From the NCBI GenBank assembly GCA_951406725.2, contig OX597840.1, positions 19,034,001 through 19,098,000 on the forward strand: 64,000 nucleotides of DNA, in the 5' to 3' direction. The DNA comes from Octopus vulgaris. Its lineage: Eukaryota. This document shows positions 39,941 to 53,939 of the stretch, piece by piece (the first letter of the stretch is position 1; each line of letters starts with the position of its first letter). The notes under the pieces are model-generated. The model was not told the origin of the DNA, made no database searches, and was given only the letters and a program-made list of their open reading frames with translations. Made by a program: the position numbers and the translations under genes.

Positions 39941-40481
39941 CTCAGTCGAAGTCGACTCTCGGTTACACGTTGGATCAGTGTCCTCCAGTCAGTTCTATCC
40001 TGGGCCGCTTCTTTCAGATTGGCTATGTCCATTCCCATGTCACTCTTGATGGTGTCAAGCCAGCAGGTTCTTGGTCGGCCTCTTCCTCTCTTGCCACTGA
40101 CCATTCCAAGCATGATGTCCTTCTCCAGGGATTTTCTCCGCATAATATGACCGAAATATGCCAATCTATGCTTGGTGATCCTAGCTTCTAGTGACCTTTT
40201 CGGCCTGATCTGCTTAAGAACTTCTCCATTGGTGAGCCTCGCTGTCCATGGAATCCGTAAAAGTCTTCTCCAACACCAAAGCTCGAATGCATTAATTCTC
40301 TTCTGGTCAGCTTTCTTTAGTGTCCAGGTCTCGCATCCATATGTTGCTATTTAGAAGACAATTGCGTTCACCAATCTGCATTTGGTAGCGAGTCTGATGT
40401 CTCTACTCTTCCAGACCCTGCTCATGCTGACCATTGCCTCTCTGCCTACTACTATCCGCCGTCTTATTTCTGGAGTGCAGT
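39937..40481 (-). mobile_element. BovB-like RTE LINE 3' fragment
   Basis: ATYGCETWTLKKADQKRINAFELWCWRRLLRIPWTAR...YFGHIMRRKSLEKDIMLG, followed by a (TA)n tail. Confidence 0.95.
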
Positions 40482-40824
40482 CATAAGTATAAAGACACAT
40501 ACTGTGTATATTTATGTTTTTGCCTGCCTATGTTTATCTCCATCTTGTAGTCTGGCATTTTATATCCAATATTACATTCTTCACTGTGTAGATCTTCTGA
40601 TTGAATAAACATATGTCAAAAGGCGTTCCTGTAGTGGCTCTTCCAGCTTTCATTCGGTCATAGTGTACACTCATTAATATACATGCATACCACACGCAGA
40701 CAAACATTACACACGCATATGTACATATACACATAAATATAAACACATATATTGTGTGTTGTTGTGTGTTGTTGTATGTATTTAGACATGTACGCCTTTA
40801 CCCCCGTCGCTTATTCTTGCATTA

Positions 40825-41170
40825 CTCTTTGACTCTTTTACTTGTTTCAGGCATTTGACTGTGGCCATGCTGGAGCACCGCCTTTAGTCGAGCAAATCGA
40901 CCCCAGGACTTATTCTTTGTAAGCCTAGTACTTATTCCATCAGTCTCTTTTGCCGAACCGCTAAGTTACGGCGACGTAAACACACCAGCATCGGTTGTCA
41001 ATCGATGTTGGGGGGACAAACACAGACACACAAACATATACACACACTTACATATATACATATATATGCATATATACGACGGGCTTCTTTCAGTTTCTGT
41101 CTACCAAATCCACTCACAAGGCTTTGGTCGGCCCGGGGCTGTAGTAGAAGACACTTGCCCAAAGTGCCAC
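40825..41170 (-). mobile_element. SINE family C, head missing
   Basis: Reverse copy of body and tail. Confidence 0.9.
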
Positions 41171-41585
41171 CATTGTGTATCGTGGATTACATTCTCAGAT
41201 GTGTACTTTCTTCTCTGTTGCCTAGCCTGAGGCAAGTTCTGATAGAATAAACATATACCAACAGGCATTCCGAACGTGGCTCTCCCAGCTTTTATTGAGG
41301 CATAGTGTAAATGTTCCTATTATACACAGGTCTATGTTATCCAATGAGATCTTCCATTTAATTTGATTTGGCAATGGACTATAATTAAAAATTATTGTGA
41401 CTAGTCATTGCAAGTTGATTGAGAGGTTTTATAGACAAACCTCCACTAGTTGTGCTACCCCATCTGGGTTCAATCCCCTGTCGGGTGATACAAATAATTT
41501 ATTGAGTAATTATGTTTAGCAGGTCGAACAACTACTTAGAGGCAAAGTCCGTTCACTCCAAGATTTTTCCTAAACAAAATACATT

Positions 41586-41630
<45 letters not shown>

Positions 41631-42041
41631 GACAGACATAGAGGGTGAGAGGGTGCGAGAGAAAAAGAAAGAGAGGGAGAGAGAGAAAGATTAGTTAATT
41701 ATAACAATGTAAATAGAGGTCGTTATCATAACTTAAGCACAAACTAAGCTTTTCCTATATACACAGCGAATTGACGCATAAATATTAGAAAAATATCTAA
41801 CATATATGCACGGCAATTAAAAGAGTAATAACACGCCATTAAATTCTACAACTTAATTACAATGCAGTTAATGATTATGAAGCAAACTAACATGTATGTA
41901 TATTTCCGGGTTAATATAATCTTTAAATAATTGATTAACTCAATCACGAAATCATATAAGCAATGATGTTTAATGCAAATGAGACAGCCATTGAACACAA
42001 ATTAATGATGAACTACATGTTAAATTTATGCCTTTTTGCTT

Positions 42042-42080
<39 letters not shown>

Positions 42081-42124
42081 TACATGTATTGTGAATAGCA
42101 GAATGCACATATTCCTTTATTAGT

Positions 42125-42196
<72 letters not shown>

Positions 42197-42482
42197 ATTA
42201 ATAGTTTTTAGTAATGTAATACAATGAACTTTGGACTTTGTATATGTACCCTTTGATGTGGATATATATGTATATTCCAGTATATATATTTGATTAACTG
42301 TAACCTTATGTGTATGTATATTATGTATATACTTGTATATATGTATATGTTGGTGTATATACACTTATATATATATGTATATATATATATATATATACAT
42401 ATTCTTGTATATGTGTACCTTCTTTAATATACATATTTGCATTTCATATCTTCATTTTATATCTTCATAATTGTACTTTATA

Positions 42483-42610
42483 ATCTCTGACGAGGACTTG
42501 AGATATATATATATAAGTAACTCATTTTTAACTGCATATTACCTCAATACATCTGACTAATATGGGCATAATGAGATACCCTTATCTACAGGCTGAAACA
42601 GCTGTAAGAT
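42483..42610 (+). ncRNA. Type I hammerhead motif with long stem II, in a PLE-type remnant (~42410-42790)
   Basis: ATCT-CTGACGA-GG...CT-GAAA-CAGCTG-TA-AGAT. Palindromic stem III; stem I is ATCT/AGAT. Confidence 0.7.
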
Positions 42611-42789
42611 CAATTTTATATGTATTATTTTTATGGTATTATCTTACTTATTGATGTATATTGTTTTATTCTGTCTTATTCTGTTGGATTTGGATGTTCC
42701 TATTTAATTAATTAGTTAATAAATTATATGAATTGGTATTATCTGGAAGTTGATGATTGAAAGGAATCTATTCCTCTATTTTCTTATTT

Positions 42790-42881
<92 letters not shown>

Positions 42882-43241
42882 TTAATGATTTTTTGGCTAA
42901 TTTTGAAATTAAATCGGCAGTTTATATTTACTACTGAGTAAACCGCGCGAGCGTGGTGAATTTTGAAAAATATAGCATATAGACTCGAGGCATGTTTATC
43001 ATCGCCTCGTGGATATATGTTAGTCCTTGGGTTTTCTGCTGACGTGGCAACGCCAGTGGTAAATAAATAAATAAAATTAATTTATTTACAAAAAGATTGC
43101 CGAAACTATGCATAGTCCAGAAAGGAGAGGGTAAACGTTTTTATTTCTCTTTCCATTTCAGAATTACAACTATTAGCGGTTGGGAGTTTGGCTGCTCTTT
43201 CTAGTGAGTCGGATGTCCTATTACGGCCATCCCTTATATGT

Positions 43242-43299
<58 letters not shown>

Positions 43300-43538
43300 A
43301 TATCATATTTGTAAAAAACGCGGAAGGCTTTATAAGTTACGGAAAGAAAGCTATAATGGAAGGCTCATGGTATAATAGCTATATAATAATATTTTATTCT
43401 CCGATTTGAAGCGACAATTTATAAGAATCAAACCCACAAATCAACCCTAACAAGGTTCTTTTTCTAGTAATTTGTTTGTATTTATAAATTGTCGCCCCAT
43501 ATCGGAGAACAAAATATTATCATGATATTATCATATAC

Positions 43539-43612
<74 letters not shown>

Positions 43613-43704
43613 TTCTTATTGCCTACAGGGGGATAAACATAGAGAGAACAAACAAGGACAGACAAAAGGATTAAGTCGATTACATCGATCCTAGTGCATA
43701 GTTG

Positions 43705-43754
43705 GTACTTGAGGCTACTAACCCCAATATTCCGAGTTCGATTCCAGGCAGTGA

Positions 43755-43834
<80 letters not shown>

Positions 43835-43945
43835 TTAACATCGAAAAATACCTTAGGAATGAGAATTTCCCCAAGACACCTGATGAAGGCTGGAGGGCAT
43901 ATCAGCCGAAATGTTGTGTTAATAACAAAGAAGATGAAGACAGGT
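43705..43945 (+). mobile_element. tRNA-like head + (AAT)n + hammerhead motif (43875-43920)
   Basis: B-box GAGTTCGATTCC near 43734, then GACAC-CTGATGA-A-GGCTG-(10 nt)-CAGCC-GAAA-TGTT-GTGTT. Confidence 0.6.
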
Positions 43946-44164
43946 GCAGGCCCGGCTAGTGGGGGTGCTTGTCTCCCATTCGCAAATATAGGGACACAGA
44001 AATTGTATCAAAGCCGACAGGAAGCGTCGATGCTTCCTAGGGCTAAATAGCGGTGGTGTGATTCCCTTTACGGGACTGCCATCTTAAGTTGACAGTATAC
44101 AACCGCTCTATCGTTCCACCACCGCTCATATCTCTCTGAGATATTTAGAAATTTAATATTTCTA

Positions 44165-44905
<741 letters not shown>

Positions 44906-44948
44906 AGTTATATATATATATAAATATATATGTATGTATGTATGTATG

Positions 44949-45009
<61 letters not shown>

Positions 45010-45036
45010 ATATATATATATGTATATATGTACATA

Positions 45037-45131
<95 letters not shown>

Positions 45132-45135
<4 letters not shown>

Positions 45136-45315
45136 GGTAAGCTGGCGGAATCGTTAGCACGCCGGTATGTGGTAAGAGCTTCGTTCTAAACCACATGGCT
45201 CCGGGTTCAGTCCCACTACGTGGCAACTTGGGAAAGTTTCTTCTGCTGTAGCCTCGGGCCGACCAATGGCTTGTGACTGGATTCGGTAGACGGAAACTGT
45301 AAGAAGCCCGTCGTA
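45132..45315 (+). mobile_element. Chimeric SINE: K-family head fused to family C
   Basis: GCTGGCGGAATCGTTAGCACGCCGG (K) joined to TGTGGTAAG..AACCACATGG..GGTTCAGTCCC (C). Confidence 0.7.
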
Positions 45316-45322
45316 TATACAC

Positions 45323-45362
<40 letters not shown>

Positions 45363-45374
45363 ATACATATATAT

Positions 45375-45406
<32 letters not shown>

Positions 45407-45473
45407 CTATATATATATATATATACATGCAATATATATATATATGTGTGTGTGTGTGTGTATACATATATAT

Positions 45474-45537
<64 letters not shown>

Positions 45538-45812
45538 GCACACATACATACAAGGAAGAAATAAAGGAGATTGAGAGAAAAGGGGAGATGGGAGAACAAA
45601 AAGTGGGGAAAACAAAAGGTGAATAGACGAAAAGGAAACGATGCAGTTATAGCAGCAATTCGTCAGCAATATAGAAGTCTTTTAGATAACATTCAAATAG
45701 TTTGCGTAGAAGTAGTTATTGTCTATTGGATAAATATTGTTAGAGAACTGGTCTAAATAATGTATTCTAATAATAGGCGACCAAATTTTGTTATTGCGAA
45801 ACAAAGAAGAGG

Positions 45813-45894
<82 letters not shown>

Positions 45895-46075
45895 GGTGAG
45901 AGACTGAGAGAGAAAGCGAACGTCTGCTTGTGTGAGAGAGTTACAAATATGGCTGCCGCTCATTGTTGCACCGATATCTTTTATGTTGGAAACATAAACT
46001 TCTCGCCATTTCTTTCTGGCTGGGCAATTTCTATGGAAATAAATAGACCATGCTTTACGCACACACACGCATTCG

Positions 46076-46155
<80 letters not shown>

Positions 46156-48342
46156 CATAGACAGGTATACACACGCTCGCGCGTAGACACTAACACTATT
46201 AGGTGAGTTTTTACAGAGTTAATTTTGTCGATTCTAAGAGAATTTCACCACACAATGCGGAGGTTGAAGTCAGGATCCCTGAGAAAGGTAATAGAATTAA
46301 CTCAGTGAAAATTCAATGAATAGATAAAAGATACATATAAATAATAACAACAGCAACAACAATAATAAAAATAAAAATAATAATAATAATAACAATGTCA
46401 GCCACGAAAAGATGAAAAAAAAACTCATTATTCAACTGTTACTTTATTGTATCGATGCCACAGACAGGATGAAAGGCAAATTCAATTCAGTTTCGGTGTG
46501 ATTTGAAATCGATAATAACAATAATTTGGTACAAGGCCGGCAATTTTGTGTGGAGGGCTAAGTAATTACATTAGCCCCAGTACTTGAACAGTACCCTTAT
46601 TTTATTGTTCCCGAGAGGATGAAAGACAAAACCAGAAAAGAATACTACTAAGCATTTTGTCCGAATGGCTAGCGATGGGGGCCATCTGACTGCTTTATGT
46701 TTCAAATTTTGACGCAAAGCCAGCTAATGTAGGAGGAAGGTGTTAGTCTATTGGGGTTTTTTGCAGAATGATTTTAGTTTGGTTTTTCTTCCACAAATGT
46801 AACAGCTAGGTTGGTTAAGCTTTAAGGTCTTATTAATAACTTCTACATGATGCAGTACTGGTATTATTTTATGGATTTGTACGGTCATGGTAACCCTACA
46901 CGACCACATATCGCCAAATGTTACATATGCACTAATCCCTTATCCATAATGATTCACGAAGGTTACTATTAGCCAGAAGTGGGTATAATCACCAATGTCC
47001 TTAATGACCCTTGTGTTTTTCCTCCTCAAATACTGCAGGAGCAGCTTGTGGTTAGGTGTATTGCATACTATTTGAGCTAGGGCTCACATCCCGTTCTCTA
47101 TTTTTAAAAAATCGCATATAGGTCTATACGTCCTTCCTATCGCAATGAAAGATATTTCCCTTAAAATATCTGCCTAAGTTGTCACCTTTTGTGTTTCGAT
47201 GCTAGTAAATAACGTCGTGTCTTTCACGAGACAGAGGCACATGTTTTTCTCCTATAAGAGGCCTCTTCGATTACTTGTTGAATGTTGACTCCAGTTCAGT
47301 GCAGAAAGTGTAGTGAAGCCTTAAATTTCTCTTCAACATGTTTCATATCCAGTGCTTTCCTGTTGGGTAAAAAAAAGAAGCAAAATTAAATTTACTATTC
47401 GTGTTTACTCTCAAGTAAAAGCGATAGGTATATACATATTGTTGCTTTTGATACTGTTGACAATAAGATTTAAGTTAACATAGCTGGGGTGTTTATGTTG
47501 TTTAGGCATGTCATTAATGTTTTGTGTTGAAATTAGTCTAGTATTTTGTATTTTGGGGACATATAGGGATATGCTGTTGGTCCAAAATAATTTAAGGAGA
47601 AAAATAAAATTTTGTCGAAAAATATAACACTAAAATGTATGATTTAATCTTTTTCTAGGGGTTTATTTTGTATCCGCCCGCATATCAGACCTTTCTAGTT
47701 TATTTGGAGCTATAAAGTCCCAAATTAATTTTTATCAAAGTTTCCAGGTTAAAAATTAAGAAAAAAATTTGACTGAAAATATGAAAGTTGCAAACTTCAC
47801 TACTATAACCGTCACAATGACCAGACACGTACAATATCTTTTCTCGTTGACTCACTATACATTTACAACAAGGAGCAATTGCAACGTATTCCACTTCACA
47901 TGAGTAGTGAAACTTGAGAGGAAAAATATTAACAAATAATACAGTTTGTAGAATTCCCCTCGGAGATAGACAACAGATTATGGAAGCAATAAAGAGCCAT
48001 AATTAACATACAGCATAAACACGTTATTGCAAGAGAAAATTACGAATCTACTGACGTTGAACTATTACGTATGTAGCAGCTAAATCCTGGATGTTAAATT
48101 TAGTATAAAGGGAATACAGTGAAAACATAACCGATACGAAAGGAGCATTACAAAAGCGAACATCACCGCCGTATAGCGAAGCGGAGGCTTTGATAGCCTC
48201 GTTACATTGAGAAAGAAGAATTGGGGAAATTCCTTGTTTCAAATCAATTGTAAGGATCTGATACCTTGATACAAAAAGATCCCTAATATAAATATAAAAT
48301 TAGAATATAGTCTGGTTTTCAAAATATATGGCATGACTATTC

Positions 48343-48430
<88 letters not shown>

Positions 48431-48539
48431 TTTTTTGATAAGGTTCATCATTTCAAGAACCGAAACATGTTAAATAAATAATGTATATATAAAAATTAAA
48501 AATTTGTCTAATATAGCAGCATTTTCGAACTTCATTTTT

Positions 48540-48638
<99 letters not shown>

Positions 48639-48942
48639 GTACATATATACATACATATATATGATTATATATGTATATATGTATATATATATACATATAT
48701 ATATATATATGCATATACATACATATATGTGTGTGGGCGTGGATATGTTTGTCCATCTATCTATCTTTTTATCTATCTATCTATCCATCTATCTACGTTT
48801 ATTCTTAAACAAGAATGTTGGTGACAGTGGTATCATTGTTTTAGCCAGTTAAAACCAGTTACTTTGATGTATAAGATTGTTTTTATTATAACTAAAAAAG
48901 TTAAACGAGATATTGACACACACACACGGATATATATATATA

Positions 48943-49020
<78 letters not shown>

Positions 49021-49134
49021 TAATCAGTATATGATTTAACTTATTAACCAGGGTTCAACAAATTCGTTCATATTTGTGTAATAGAGGAGATTAGATATTA
49101 AAATGGATATTAGTTTTTACTATTCATGTTGCTT

Positions 49135-49416
49135 TACAATTTGTTTCATACATAAAGACTCAGATATTCAGAATAGAATATCAGAACGGTCAATGTATTC
49201 GTTCTTGGAATCATGTCTATTTTAAACAAGACAAGAGCCTTGTTTAAAATAGACGTGACTCCAAGAACGAACACATTATTACAATATGATTAGTAAGGGA
49301 CAATCTATGTACTTCTAACGTCTCTTTTTTAGTTTTTATCCCAGCTACCGACGACTACAAATTTGACCATTCTGATTTTCTATTATGAATATCTGAGTCT
49401 TTTGTATGAAACGAAT
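49135..49416. repeat. Nested inverted repeats, probable PLE-type remnant
   Basis: Inner hairpin 49192-49277; outer arms about 49140-49193 and 49362-49416. Confidence 0.7.
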
Positions 49417-49742
49417 TCTATAACAGGAAATTTGTAAAAATATTTGGTGTTATTTATTCACCATTACACGTGTTTTATTTGCTAACAGGGGTTAGAAATA
49501 GGAGAAACATGTAACATAATTCCTATTAAAAATTCCGCAGGCAGAGAATCAGATTGTCTGTGAGTAAATAATACCAAAAACTTTTTCGTTCTGTTTTGAT
49601 ATATAATTTCACTGCAAAAGATCTTTTCCAATATTTTTCAACTCTTTTCCATTCCTCACACAAAAATATAACGTCTATTTACGACTTTGGAGAACTGAAA
49701 TAAGCAGATGTGCTTCAAGAGAACACAGCTAGGATCGTAATC

Positions 49743-49844
<102 letters not shown>

Positions 49845-49857
49845 GTCTGTCTGTTTG

Positions 49858-49943
<86 letters not shown>

Positions 49944-50094
49944 CCCTCTTTTTTTCTTCCTTCCCTTTTACGATCCCTTTTGATCGAAAACCTAACCCAC
50001 CTTTTTTTTTCTTTTCTCTCCCCACAAAAGAAAGGCTCTACTTTGTAATCTGTCCCGTCTGTGTGTAGCCCTGTGTGGCTACTAAAGAAATATA

Positions 50095-50193
<99 letters not shown>

Positions 50194-50225
50194 CTCCATC
50201 TATCTATCTACCTATCTATCTCTCC

Positions 50226-50318
<93 letters not shown>

Positions 50319-50357
50319 CCTACCTACCTACCTACCTACCTACCTACCTATCTATCT

Positions 50358-50790
50358 ATTGTTATATTTCGGGATGGTCACTTTTTCTTGGCAAATAAAC
50401 ATACGCTCTAGTCTTCGTTCTTCAATCGTTTGTTATTGTTGTTATTTTATCTTATGAACTTTTTCTGGAAATCTTTCGTCACACACGTGTGACCTCCTCA
50501 GGTACTCTTCCATCTCATGTGCCTCCTGTCCTGTCGATTCCATCACAAATGAATTAAACAGAACAGGAGGAGAGACGTGGATCAGAAGTGTCACTGAAGC
50601 GGTAACAGGTGTGTGACGATCGATTTCCAGACAATGAACATAAGATAAACTAAGAACAATAGTAAACGATTGAAGGATGAAAATATAGTGCGTGTGTTTA
50701 TTTGGCAAGAAAAAAGTGACCATCAGAAAGTGTAACAATATCTGTTTCAACACACGATGTCACATCAGGAATCTTGCAAAGCAAGATTTT
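50358..50790. mobile_element. PLE terminal remnant (family D, diverged) with hammerhead-like core at 50465-50505 (-)
   Basis: Inverted arms; minus strand CTGAGGA-G-GTCAC..GTGAC-GAAAGATTTC. Homologous to 16243-16728. Confidence 0.65.
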
Positions 50791-51063
50791 ACTTCGACAG
50801 AGAGAAAATATCGGAGAGAAAAAAATGTGACAGGATTACTGGTCCCAGTATGAAATGTCTGGAAGAAAAGGATACGTATATATATACGCAAATAGGAAAA
50901 CGAGGGGAAAAGAACACGGTGTAAAATTTATATAAGTTGGGAAACTGTTGGTGACTCACTCTCATGTAAGGTACTCAATAACCGTTTTCTCAATTTGTAT
51001 ATGAATATACATACATACACACACACATACATACATACATACATACATACATACATACATACA

Positions 51064-51910
<847 letters not shown>

Positions 51911-51941
51911 AGCGTACATTTAAACAAGAGAAACAACCTTT

Positions 51942-52024
51942 TAACAGGTAATTTTTACATGCTAAAAGAAGCAGTCAAAACGACGTTTTGACTGCTTCTT
52001 CTAACATGTAAAAATTACCTGTTA
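51942..52024. repeat. 83-bp palindrome (41-bp arms, 1-nt loop, 2 mismatches)
   Basis: TAACAGGTAATTTTTACATGCTAAAAGAAGCAGTCAAAACG-A-CGTTTTGACTGCTTCTTCTAACATGTAAAAATTACCTGTTA. Confidence 0.9.
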
Positions 52025-53105
52025 CCTCGGCGGAATTTGAGCTCTGAACGTAACGCCAGACGAAATACCACAAAGCATTTCGCCCGGCGTGCTAACGTTT
52101 CTGCCAGCTCACCTTTGGCCTGACGAGTAGCCTGTGGTATACACCTCGCTTGGATATTTACCGCTTCCGAAGTTCCGCTCGCTATGAAACATATGTAGTT
52201 CGGATCTTGTCTACTCCATTCTTTAGCTCTTGTAGTGTATATATATATATATATATAAATTTTCCTATAATGTTTTATCTATATGTGTATGAAGTATGTG
52301 GGCAGGAAAGAGAAAGAGAGAAATAGAACGGAATGCAAGACAGAAAAAGAAGGAACTCGCGAGAGAGTAGAATAAATGAAAAGTAGTGACTTTGGAATAT
52401 CGGTTCGGTTAGAAATTAGGTAACCTCTCTCACACAAACGAAACACTTTTTTTATTTCTCTTTATTTTTTTTTATCAATAAGGTAGTCAAAAGAATCAAC
52501 CATGATTAAAACCGAATGGTCTTTTTGTGGATTTTAGAGAGATGAAGGCAAAAAGAAAAAAAAGAAAACGAAAAAACAAAAACAAATAATCCTCCAAAAA
52601 ACCACCCAAGTAAGTTCAACAGAAGTTCAAAAACAAAGAATATGAAATAAAAAACTCGAACAGAATGTCGCCATTTTTTTTTATTATGATAAATTGAACT
52701 CAAGAGAATATCTGTGGAAGAAATCAATAATTCTTTACAACCAGAAACCGATAGGTTCTTATTTCCGTCATTTAGTTATTTATCTATGTTTGCATCTTGT
52801 CTTCGTTTATTAGTTGCTGCTGCTGCTACTGCTGCTGCTGCTGTTCTTCTTCTTCATCATCATCATCATCTTAATCATGATCGTCTGCATCATCATCAGC
52901 ATCGTTTTCCTCCCCCTCCTCCTCATCCTCCGCATCATCATCCTCTTCCTCCTCCCCTCCTCCTCATCCTCCGCATCCTCCTCCTCTTCCTCCTCCCCCT
53001 CCCCTCCTCCTCATCCTCCGCATCCTCCTCCCCTCCTCTTCATCTTCCTCCTCTTCCTCCTCTCCTCTTCCTCCTCCTCCTACCACCACCAACACCACCA
53101 CCACC

Positions 53106-53168
<63 letters not shown>

Positions 53169-53939
53169 GCTCTCAATCTTCTTATCACACTCCTCTACTT
53201 TTCTTCTCTTTCTTCCACTTCTTCAGGATATTCTTCTTTCTCTTCTTCCTTTCTTTATAATGTCTATAAGTTTACAAGAAAGCAATATATGTGTGTGAGA
53301 ATGATTTGCATATGAAATATCTTGTACTCAACGGAATTATTTTTTTTTGTTTACCCATAATCCTTTTGACATTATTACGTACACCATGTAATAACTAAAT
53401 CGATACAAAAAAAAAACCCAATAGTAATAAAATAGAAAGAAACGGCAGCTCATTTGTCTTGCACTGGCAAGGTATTTGTTTTTCATGTTATACACCCTAC
53501 TTTTGTTTTAAGTTAACTAGCAGAAATTGGAGAGCATCAATTCTTGCAGAAAATGTAAAATGTTCAATTGGGTGGAGTAGGTGATGGGTGGAATGCGGTA
53601 AAATCGGAAGAACGCAATGAGAGAAACGCGTCAAGCTGGAAGACGGAGTATAGAGATATTTTTCAGGAATAGGGTTGCGTCAACTTAGCTGCGTATGGAG
53701 AGCTGTGTCGAAATGATTGAGAGGCGAGAAAGCGTAGAACTTATTGATTGACTCGAAGTGGACGAACAGAGGAGTGTCAAATAGCAGGGATGATAAAGAG
53801 TCGCTCTTGTAGAGAAAAGGAAGAAGCTTAAACTGAGACTAGAGGGCATCAACTTTTGCATGTCGAACTGAATGGGGCTGGAAGACGATAGAACGCTGAA
53901 GAGGTGCAGGCGTAGCTGTGTGGTAAGAAGCTTGCTTCC

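Noticed and set aside
46860-48300. Unique-looking 1.4-kb block as an exon or transposon
   Set aside because: No recognisable protein motif, termini or splice pattern found by eye; left unannotated.
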